This document shows positions 30,888 through 39,095 of a stretch of DNA of 64,000 nt, in pieces. The position numbers were made by a program, and so were the translations under genes. Origin of the DNA: Calditrichia bacterium (GTDB taxonomy: Bacteria > Calditrichota > Calditrichia > JAJRVZ01); NCBI GenBank assembly GCA_963796965.1, contig CAWCNS010000009.1, positions 352,001-416,000 of the forward strand, read 5' to 3'. The notes below the pieces were generated by a model. The model saw only the letters and a program-made list of their open reading frames with translations, was not told the origin of the DNA and searched no databases. Position 1 is the first letter of the stretch. Each line of letters starts with the position of its first letter.

Positions 30888-32158
30888 TACGCTTTTTATT
30901 TAAGGGATTGATCCGAGACCGTTCCCGCAGCCTTTTTCCTGTACTCACCGTCATGGCCGGGGTTATGCTCACGGTTGTGATGTACAGCTGGATCCAGGGG
31001 ACTGAGACAGACATGATCTCTTCTAATGCAAATTTTAATACCGGTCACGTCAAGATCATGTCCAGAGCCTATGCCAGAGAAGCAGAACAGATCCCAAATG
31101 ACCTGGCCCTGATCGATATTGATAAAATTCTGACCCACGTGGTTGAGGATTTTCCACAAATGGTCTGGACGCCAAGAATCCGTTTTGGCGGACTCCTGGA
31201 TGTACCTGATGAAAGAGGGGAAACAAAATCGCAGGGTCCGGTAGCCGGACTTGCCGTAGATTTGTTGTCAGAGACAAATATCGAAACGGAAATTCTAAAT
31301 CTTCAAAAAGCATTGGTCCGTGGGCGCCTGCCAAAGGCAAGTCATGAAATTCTGGTTGGTGACCAATTTGCTAAAAGTCTGGATCTGCAGATAAATCATA
31401 CCGCCACCCTGATCAGCGCAACGATGTATGGCAGTCAGACCACAGAAAACTTTACTGTCGTCGGAACTATACGTTTTGGCGTATCAGCCATGGATCGCGG
31501 CGCAATAATTGTTGATTTATCAGGGATCCAGCCTGGTTTGGATATGGAGAATGCCGCCGGAGAAATTCTGGGTTTTTATGAAGACTTTATGTATCGGGAT
31601 AATGAGGTTGATAACATAAAAAATACCTTTAATGCTGATTATTCCTTGCCCGATGATGAATTTTCACCACAAATGTTGTCCTTACGTGATCAGATGGGAT
31701 TGGCCCAGACACTTGAGATGGTCGATTACTTCTCGACCTTGCTGATTGGGATTTTTGTCTTTGTGATGTCCATTGTTTTATGGAATGCCGGCTTAATGGG
31801 TAGCCTGCGACGGTATGGTGAGATTGGTGTACGTCTTGCCATCGGTGAAGATAAGGGACATCTTTACCGTGCAATGATAATTGAATCAGTTTTGATTGGG
31901 TTAGTCGGATCAATGATCGGTACTGCCCTTGGGGTATTGTTCTCCTACTATCTTCAGATTCACGGTATCGATATATCATCAATGATGAAAAATGCCTCGA
32001 TGTTGATCTCAGATGTTGTACGAGCGAAAGTCACATTAATGAGCTTTGTCATCGGTTTTATACCCGGATTAGCTGCAACAATCCTGGGAACTTCTATTTC
32101 CGGTATCGGGATCTATAAACGCCAGACTTCGCAATTATTTAAGGAGTTGGAAGCATGA
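30884..32158 (+). CDS. ABC transporter permease, LolC/E (FtsX) family
   Basis: Same topology; RRYGEIGVRLAIG; ATGA overlap with neighbouring genes. Confidence 0.88.
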   Translation: MIRFLFKGLIRDRSRSLFPVLTVMAGVMLTVVMYSWIQGTETDMISSNANFNTGHVKIMSRAYAREAEQIPNDLALIDIDKILTHVVEDFPQMVWTPRIRFGGLLDVPDERGETKSQGPVAGLAVDLLSETNIETEILNLQKALVRGRLPKASHEILVGDQFAKSLDLQINHTATLISATMYGSQTTENFTVVGTIRFGVSAMDRGAIIVDLSGIQPGLDMENAAGEILGFYEDFMYRDNEVDNIKNTFNADYSLPDDEFSPQMLSLRDQMGLAQTLEMVDYFSTLLIGIFVFVMSIVLWNAGLMGSLRRYGEIGVRLAIGEDKGHLYRAMIIESVLIGLVGSMIGTALGVLFSYYLQIHGIDISSMMKNASMLISDVVRAKVTLMSFVIGFIPGLAATILGTSISGIGIYKRQTSQLFKELEA

Positions 32159-32892
32159 ATCTTAATATTACCTGGCTAATCATCATATTTTCTTTTGTTG
32201 CTAGCGCGCAAACCCCTGATGCAGATTGGATATTGAAAAAAATCGATGAGAATATGAGTACCAGCAATCGCATCTCAGAGGCTGAAATGATTATTCATGG
32301 CCGGCGCGGAGATAGAACTGTTCGTTCAAAATCATGGATCAAAGGAACCGAAAAAGCATTTACTGAATATCTCTCACCGGCGCGGGAAAAAGGAACCAAG
32401 ATGCTGAAATTAACGGAAAACCTATGGACCTATTTCCCGAATACCGACAGGACTGTTTTAATTGCCGGCCATCTTCTGCGTCAGTCGGTAATGGGTTCTG
32501 ATCTATCATACGAAGATTTAATGGAAGATCCCAAATTGCAAAATCTCTATACTGCAAACATAGTAGATCAGGACACCCTGATAAACCGTTTATGCTGGAT
32601 TTTGATATTGGATGCGAAAAATCCTGATGTCGCTTATCATACACGCAAAATATGGGTCGATCAGGAGCGGTTTTTAACACTTAAAGAAAACCGTTATGCC
32701 AAAAGCGGTCGTTTGATTAAAACGACCGAGGTTAAAAGCACCAGACAGGTTGAGGATCGCTGGGTGGCGGAAAAAATCATTTTTAAGGATGAACTGAAAT
32801 CCGGTGATGGCACTGAGTTTCTATTACTATCGGTTGAGTTCGATGCCGAAATTCCGGAATATATTTTCTCGAAAGCCAGTCTCAGAAAATAG
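32155..32892 (+). CDS. LolA-like periplasmic 'outer membrane lipoprotein-sorting' protein
   Basis: Signal peptide; SPAREKGTKML, MGSDLSYEDL, KIWVD...GRLIK, IFSKASLR. Confidence 0.85.
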   Translation: MNLNITWLIIIFSFVASAQTPDADWILKKIDENMSTSNRISEAEMIIHGRRGDRTVRSKSWIKGTEKAFTEYLSPAREKGTKMLKLTENLWTYFPNTDRTVLIAGHLLRQSVMGSDLSYEDLMEDPKLQNLYTANIVDQDTLINRLCWILILDAKNPDVAYHTRKIWVDQERFLTLKENRYAKSGRLIKTTEVKSTRQVEDRWVAEKIIFKDELKSGDGTEFLLLSVEFDAEIPEYIFSKASLRK

Positions 32893-32971
32893 AGGGGCTT
32901 TCTACGATCCAATAATAACTGCTCACGCTCAACATCTTTTTAAAACCGGGCCAATTTATTATCGATATAAA

Positions 32972-35500
32972 ATGAATCATCTGATTATTCCATTAAACAG
33001 TAAAAAAAAATCTGCCACTAATAAATATCTTGTTGGTGGGAAAGCAGCCAACCTGGTGAAGCTTAACCAACTTGGTTTTCCTACAGCACCCGGTTTTATT
33101 ATCACAACAGCAGTATTTCATCAAATTATTCGTCAATCCGGGCTTTCGATCCCAGCAGTGCTAGAAGAATTGGACACATCAGCCTATAACAGCCTTAAAG
33201 ATCATATTGTTTCCTCACCATTTGACTTGCGGTTTGAAAATAAAATCAGAAAACATCATCAAAAATTTGACGGAATGGCTGCTGTTCGCTCTTCAATGGT
33301 AGGAGAAGATCAGGCAAGCACTTCCTTTGCTGGACAGTTGGATACCTTTTTAAATATCCAAGACGAACAACTGATTGATGCCGTGAGGAAGTGTTATGCT
33401 TCACTCTTTAAACCGCAATTGCATAAATATATCTCCGGCAGACAAATATCCTTGATTTCTGAGAATGCCGACTTACTCTCGATGGCAGTGGTGGTGCAGC
33501 AGATGGTTCGGGCTAAGTATTCGGGAATTGCATTTACTGCAGATCCAATCTGCGGCCGTCGCGAAGTTATTATAGAAGCAAGTGAAGGAACCGGCGAAGC
33601 TATCGTTTCCGGAATGACGAATCCAGATCGTTACATTGTCAATGCAAATGGTAAGATCTCGGAAATGATACCGGTTAAAAATGATCAACCCATGCTATCC
33701 CATAAACAAATACTGTTTCTTGCCGAATCAGCAAACCAGATTGCCCGTCATCTGGAATTTCCACAGGATGTTGAATGGGCCTGGGACGGAACAGATTTTA
33801 TATTTTTACAGACGCGTCCTATTTCCACCCTGGTCGGAAAAGATATTTATTCAAGTAAATTAATGGCGGATATGTCACCGGGGTTGGTAAAGCCATTACA
33901 ATGGTCCACCAACACACTTGCCATGTCGACTCATGTATTTGGGCGTCTGTTTACAAAGATCATCGGCCCCAATGATATCGATTTTGCCAAGTCAATCCGC
34001 CTGATTCATTCACGTGTCTATGCCAATCTCACATTCTTTGAGGAATTGTTCCAAAAGATCGGATTACCCGGTAATTTTTTTGAAATGATTGCCAGAGATG
34101 AAAAGGGCCGGCGGCATCGGCCGAAACTGAACTTCAGAATGCTACCCATTATTTTGTTTAGATTTTTGCCTTTTATCTGGAAATATGCCCGCATTACGAA
34201 TCAGATGAATACATTTGTTACCAAACAGGATAATGCCCTTGATGCCTTCCGCAAATCTGATTGGACAGGTATCGGGACCACCGAAAAATTTAAGCGGCTT
34301 AAAAAATTGATGCAACTGCACAATGATGCACAATGGAGCATTATTGTTACCGCTTTGAATATGACTATCCGCAACACTTTATTAAAAAAAATGATTCGAA
34401 AACATGCACCTTCGGTTGAACCCAGTGATCTGATCAAAGGTTTAAGTGGATTGGAAGGACTGGAACCAAACAAGGAGTTAGACAAATTATCTCAGGATCT
34501 GCGTCCGTTGGGCGAAACTCTTATCCGTCTTTGTCTTCAGGAAGAAGATCAGAAAATCCGCCAGCAGCTGAGTTCTTCAACTGAAGGGAAAAGATTGATT
34601 AACAAATTTGATGCTTTTATGTCTAAATTCGGACACCTTAGTGCCAATACCACTAATTTTACCGAAACGTCCTGGATCGAAAATCCAAATTTGATTTGGT
34701 CGTTGGTGGGTAGTGGCGCTTTAAAAAAGAAACAGAATCATAATGAAAATACCGAAATCACCAGAGCGGCACGAAAAAATGAAGTTTTGAAACATTTAAA
34801 TCTCCCGCAACGACTCATTTTTAAGCGCCTTTTAAACTCAACCATTACTTATATGACCCTTCGGGAAAGATTAAGTTTATTACTTTCTGATGATACTTAT
34901 CAATTTCGACGTCTTATTCTTAGTCTTGCTGATGATCTTGTACGGAAAGGGATCCTAACGAAAAGGGATGACATTTTTTATTTGTTCTATGATGAACTTG
35001 AAAGCATCCACAAGGATGGCCCGCCGTCAAACAAGATTAGCACAAAGGTAAAGCAACGCAGATGGCAGATGGAACAGGACGCACAAATAATACCGGATGA
35101 TACTATCTGTGGTGATCAAATTATTAACCGCCCCCAGCTTAAATCAAGCACATCAGAATTTTTAACCGGAATCTGCGGCAGTTCCGGCATGAAACAAGGA
35201 TATGCTTATGTCGTCGAGAATCCAAACAGTGTGGAAAAGACCCTGACAGCAGAAGACATTCTGGTAGTCCCCTTCACCCATGTTGGTTGGACGCCCCTTT
35301 TTTCAAGCATCGGTGGTATTATCGCTGAAACCGGTGGCCAGCTTTCACATACAGCTATTGTTGCCCGGGAGTATGGTATTCCTGCCATCGTTAATGTCAG
35401 ACAGGCAATGCAAACAATCAAAACAGGACAACCATTGACCATCGACGCAGATACCGGCCGCATCTATTTAAAACATTTAGATTCAATAAAAGGAGATTAA
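32972..35500 (+). CDS. PEP-synthase/rifampicin-phosphotransferase (RPH/PigC)-like dikinase
   Basis: N-terminal ATP-grasp (VGGKAANL, AVRSS..ED...SFAGQ.DTFL, QDVEWA...LQTRPI), large central domain, C-terminal phospho-His swivel GGQLSHTAIVAREYGIPA. Likely start ATG 32972. Confidence 0.88.
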   Translation: MNHLIIPLNSKKKSATNKYLVGGKAANLVKLNQLGFPTAPGFIITTAVFHQIIRQSGLSIPAVLEELDTSAYNSLKDHIVSSPFDLRFENKIRKHHQKFDGMAAVRSSMVGEDQASTSFAGQLDTFLNIQDEQLIDAVRKCYASLFKPQLHKYISGRQISLISENADLLSMAVVVQQMVRAKYSGIAFTADPICGRREVIIEASEGTGEAIVSGMTNPDRYIVNANGKISEMIPVKNDQPMLSHKQILFLAESANQIARHLEFPQDVEWAWDGTDFIFLQTRPISTLVGKDIYSSKLMADMSPGLVKPLQWSTNTLAMSTHVFGRLFTKIIGPNDIDFAKSIRLIHSRVYANLTFFEELFQKIGLPGNFFEMIARDEKGRRHRPKLNFRMLPIILFRFLPFIWKYARITNQMNTFVTKQDNALDAFRKSDWTGIGTTEKFKRLKKLMQLHNDAQWSIIVTALNMTIRNTLLKKMIRKHAPSVEPSDLIKGLSGLEGLEPNKELDKLSQDLRPLGETLIRLCLQEEDQKIRQQLSSSTEGKRLINKFDAFMSKFGHLSANTTNFTETSWIENPNLIWSLVGSGALKKKQNHNENTEITRAARKNEVLKHLNLPQRLIFKRLLNSTITYMTLRERLSLLLSDDTYQFRRLILSLADDLVRKGILTKRDDIFYLFYDELESIHKDGPPSNKISTKVKQRRWQMEQDAQIIPDDTICGDQIINRPQLKSSTSEFLTGICGSSGMKQGYAYVVENPNSVEKTLTAEDILVVPFTHVGWTPLFSSIGGIIAETGGQLSHTAIVAREYGIPAIVNVRQAMQTIKTGQPLTIDADTGRIYLKHLDSIKGD

Positions 35501-35502
35501 CT

Positions 35503-36240
35503 ATGGCATGGCATATAATTATTATAGCCCTTATAACCGGTTATTTTATCGGCTCTATTTCCATGGCCCGGCTTATTGCAGGTATCTTTGCACCGGGTAA
35601 AGATATTACCAAAACCAAAATCCATCTGGAAGGCAGTGACAAACCTTTTGAGATGGATATCGTCAGTGCCACCACAGTCTCAATTCAGCTGGGATCAAAA
35701 TATGGTTTTATCACCATGCTGCTTGATATGCTTAAGATCATACTTCCGGTTCTGGCAATTAAGTATATTTTTCCGGAGAGTCCCTATTTTTTAATCACGG
35801 CAGCGGCAGGAATGGTTGGTCATATCTGGCCTGTTTATTACCACTTTCAGGGTGGCCGGGGAATTTTGGCAGTTTATGGAGGTTTGTTTGCCATAGACTG
35901 GATCGGTGTCTTTGTTACCTCAATCAGCGGTATGATATTTGGTCTGGTGGTTTTGCGTGATGTTGTCGCCGCCTATATTGTGGGAGTTGTATTTATTATT
36001 CCCTGGTTATGGTTTCGGACAGAAGATATTGCCTATGTTATCTATGCGGTAGTTATAAATCTGATAATGGCCATTGCCATTATACCGGAAATCAAACAAA
36101 TGAATAAATTGAAAAAAGAGGATAACTGGGATGATCCGGTTGCTGTCTTTCAGGTGACAGGTATGGGACGTGGCATTATTAAACTGGCTAAAAAGATTGG
36201 TGTTATTAAAGATAAATCTAAAAAGGATCATAGTTCCTAA
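35503..36240 (+). CDS. Divergent PlsY-family (glycerol-3-phosphate acyltransferase-like) membrane protein
   Basis: GYFIGSI, DMLK, GHIWPVYYHFQGGRG (PlsY motif 2); motifs 1 and 3 are atypical. Confidence 0.75.
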   Translation: MAWHIIIIALITGYFIGSISMARLIAGIFAPGKDITKTKIHLEGSDKPFEMDIVSATTVSIQLGSKYGFITMLLDMLKIILPVLAIKYIFPESPYFLITAAAGMVGHIWPVYYHFQGGRGILAVYGGLFAIDWIGVFVTSISGMIFGLVVLRDVVAAYIVGVVFIIPWLWFRTEDIAYVIYAVVINLIMAIAIIPEIKQMNKLKKEDNWDDPVAVFQVTGMGRGIIKLAKKIGVIKDKSKKDHSS

Positions 36241-36387
36241 TTCTATGGCTGCTCTCTTTCCAGGCCTTGTGATTACATGTATCAGTTGCTAAATTACTTA
36301 TTCTACATAGAATAGAAGATGAGATGCTGTTTGTTGATATCAGATTTTTAGTCTTAAAACATCTTAGATATAAGTTATCAACTTACT

Positions 36388-36798
36388 GGTAGTGTCAAAA
36401 GTTCTTCGAAAAAATGAAACCACAGAGGACACAGAAAAACACTCCGTGTACTCTAAAAGGATCTATTTATAGAATTAGCAGTGGAAAAATTATAATTTAT
36501 GATATGGAAAAACACCAGGATCTAATCCTTGCTTTACTTGCCATTTTCTTGTTTATATGAATAGAATGTGTGCAGTAAGAACTACTACCAATGAGTTTAT
36601 TATTAAGGGTGTCGTAAATGAATCAAACGATCGACTAAAATGAGGCTTTAATATTAAAATTTGAGAGTACACAGAGGGGGAGAACCGAATTAACTCGTTT
36701 AAGTCAATAAATATTAAAAATTTACTCTGTGCGCTCTGCCTGCCCCGTAAAGTCTGACGGAGTCAGATTAGTACGGGGTGGTTATTTTTTGCGCTACC
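36388..36798. mobile_element. Non-autonomous miniature inverted-repeat element (MITE), 411 bp, 8-bp TSD
   Basis: TIRs GGTAGTGTCAAAA ... TTTTTGCGCTACC, flanked by the identical direct repeat AACTTACT at 36380-36387 and 36799-36806; no ORF. Confidence 0.85.
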
Positions 36799-36820
36799 AA
36801 CTTACTATATAGGAGATAAT

Positions 36821-37621
36821 ATGATACAATTAAAAAAGAATTCAAAGCCTTTCGATTTTAAGGTTATCCCCTTTCTCCTTTTAGTCGTCCTGTTGATCTT
36901 ACCAACAGATCAATTATTGGCAGGATCTGATGAAACGCCACGACATTTTATTGCACAGTTGGAAATTGGTCCGGTCTGGCAGGGATTGAATGATGTTCAG
37001 ATCCCCAACGACCAGAGCGGTACCCGTTTTTCCCTTGTGGACCTGGTTGGGAATGGACCATTTCCTGCAATCCGCATTTATTTTACCTGGCAGATCAGTT
37101 CGCGACACAGTCTGCGCCTTTTATTGGCTCCCTTAAGTTACACTGAGACTGGATCATTTTCATCACCAACATCATTCGCTGGCCAAACCTATGCCCCCGA
37201 CGAATCCGTTGACGCTACTTATAAATTCAACTCCTGGCGTTTGACCTACGCTTATAAATTTCACAATGGTGAAAAATGGCGCTGGTGGATAGGTTTCACA
37301 GCAAAAATACGTGATGCCAAGATAAGACTGGAACAGGACGATATTTCCTCAGAAAAGACTGATCTTGGTTTTGTGCCACTTCTTCATATTCGCGGTGAAT
37401 ATCACTGGAGTGAACAATGGTGGGCTTTTTTCGATCTCGATGCCCTGGCCGGAGGACCGGGCCGGGCAGAGGATGGTACAATCCAGATCGGCTATAATTT
37501 TAACGAGAGCTGGAGTATATCTGCAGGCTATCGTACGGTGGAAGGTGGGGCGGATGTTGATGAAGTTTATAATTTCGCCTGGCTGCACTATTTGGTCATC
37601 AGTACCTTTGTGACATTTTAG
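36821..37621 (+). CDS. Putative outer-membrane beta-barrel protein
   Basis: Signal peptide, amphipathic strands (WSISAGYR), C-terminal Phe; AGGAG RBS. Confidence 0.65.
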   Translation: MIQLKKNSKPFDFKVIPFLLLVVLLILPTDQLLAGSDETPRHFIAQLEIGPVWQGLNDVQIPNDQSGTRFSLVDLVGNGPFPAIRIYFTWQISSRHSLRLLLAPLSYTETGSFSSPTSFAGQTYAPDESVDATYKFNSWRLTYAYKFHNGEKWRWWIGFTAKIRDAKIRLEQDDISSEKTDLGFVPLLHIRGEYHWSEQWWAFFDLDALAGGPGRAEDGTIQIGYNFNESWSISAGYRTVEGGADVDEVYNFAWLHYLVISTFVTF

Positions 37622-37859
37622 CCTTATAGTTAAGACTGAGAGACGCTATCATCCCAATTGGTATAGTTCTTTCATTAACTATTCGTATTAGATGATCCCA
37701 AAACTTATCTTATTCAGACAGGATAAGCCCAACAGAATCGGGATAATCCTAATTAACGCTTCTTATCTTTGTATCTTTTAGATACTATTTTGTTAAGGTC
37801 ATTTTTTTCTACCGCCTGAAAATAGGCACGGGCCGGTCAGTGGCCAACATTTGAATCCG

Positions 37860-38100
37860 CATATCCAGAATTTTCCCCCTTGTTTTCACTCTTCCAAACG
37901 TCGTTCCAAATATCACTATCACCAGGGATTGGCGGAAAACTCAGCGGACGGGGTGCACGTCCGCCCAAAATATTAAATATGTCATTTAAATCAACAACCT
38001 GCAGACCGGCACAGGCGTGCTAATCATCTGCATTATTGACATGTTTCCAGTTTGCGGAATCTACTGTAACCTTGGCTTTTTCAGAAGCCAGTAAACCCAG
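37860..38100 (-). pseudogene. Possible Kelch-repeat gene remnant
   Basis: One minus frame reads ...NWKHVNNADD*HACAGLQVVDLNDIFNILGGRAPRP...PGDSDIWNDVWKSENKG, with Kelch-like GG/W spacing and an internal stop. Confidence 0.3.
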
Positions 38101-38366
38101 TAATTGAAAAATGTATTGTAAAAATTAAATTTTAAATTATCTGGAATGATTCGATATATTTTTTAGGTTAACAGTTATTAAATGTGATAAAAATGTCTAA
38201 AGAAATAAGCGTAATAAAAGATAAATTTAAAGAGGATTATGCCAAATAAACAAATGCACTTATTGTCATGTTCATTAGACCAAATAACAATGTCAGCTAA
38301 TAGTCGCGGAACCAATGAAAGTTGGAATAGTATGCCTAACGTATTTAAATATTATTCTGGAGAAAT

Positions 38367-39095
38367 GTGACTTTGTTTTTATATAAAAAGATCGTATTTA
38401 ACACCGTAATCATACTACTGATTTGCCTGGGTATTTTTGCCTGCGAGAGGAAAAGCAATCCGTTTTATCTGCCAGAGACAGAAATGGTTGCTGATGTTGA
38501 TAGCATTACAATTTTAGCCTTGGGTGATTCTTACACCATCGGTACCTCTGTTTCTGAAAATGAACGCCGGCCCAATCAACTGCGTGATTCACTTGAGGTA
38601 CGCGGTATTGCTGTGAAGGAAGTAGGCATCATTGCCCGTAATGGTTGGACAACCGCAAATTTGCTCGATGCTATGAACAATCAGGATATAGGATCTGACT
38701 ATGATCTCGTAGGATTGTTAATTGGTGTGAATAACCAGTTTCAGGGCAGAAACATAGATGAATATGAATATCAATTTCAACAATTGCTGGAATTAGCCCT
38801 AACTCTTGCAGATAGTGATTTCAAGCGTGTATTTGTTCTATCCATACCCGATTACAGTGTCACCCCGCGAGGTAGTCGGATTAATGAGGGTACCACAGAT
38901 CAGGAGATAGATGCTTTTAATGCCATAAATAAAAAACTTTCAAATCAATTTTCAGTGAAATACTTTGACATTACCACCATATCCAGAACAGCGAAAAATC
39001 AATACGATCTAGTTGCATCGGATGGACTACATTTTTCAGGAAAAATGTATGCGCTTTGGGTTGAATATATATTAGATGATATTTTAAAACTATAA
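38367..39095 (+). CDS. SGNH/GDSL hydrolase, probable lipoprotein
   Basis: ALGDSYT, GWTT, IGVNN, DGLH blocks; lipobox-like IFAC. Confidence 0.88.
   Translation: MTLFLYKKIVFNTVIILLICLGIFACERKSNPFYLPETEMVADVDSITILALGDSYTIGTSVSENERRPNQLRDSLEVRGIAVKEVGIIARNGWTTANLLDAMNNQDIGSDYDLVGLLIGVNNQFQGRNIDEYEYQFQQLLELALTLADSDFKRVFVLSIPDYSVTPRGSRINEGTTDQEIDAFNAINKKLSNQFSVKYFDITTISRTAKNQYDLVASDGLHFSGKMYALWVEYILDDILKL

Noticed and set aside
28998..32892. Naming the transporter lolCDE/lolA
   Set aside because: Family-level similarity only; such clusters are widespread and distinct from the housekeeping Lol pathway.
32804..32971. 56-aa N-terminal extension of the dikinase ORF
   Set aside because: Overlaps the upstream gene and lacks family similarity; ATG 32972 fits better.
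32972..35500. Calling the dikinase rifampicin phosphotransferase (rph) or PEP synthase (ppsA)
   Set aside because: Domain order excludes PpsA (no C-terminal PEP-binding barrel). Rifamycin specificity cannot be read from sequence, and the context points to lipids.
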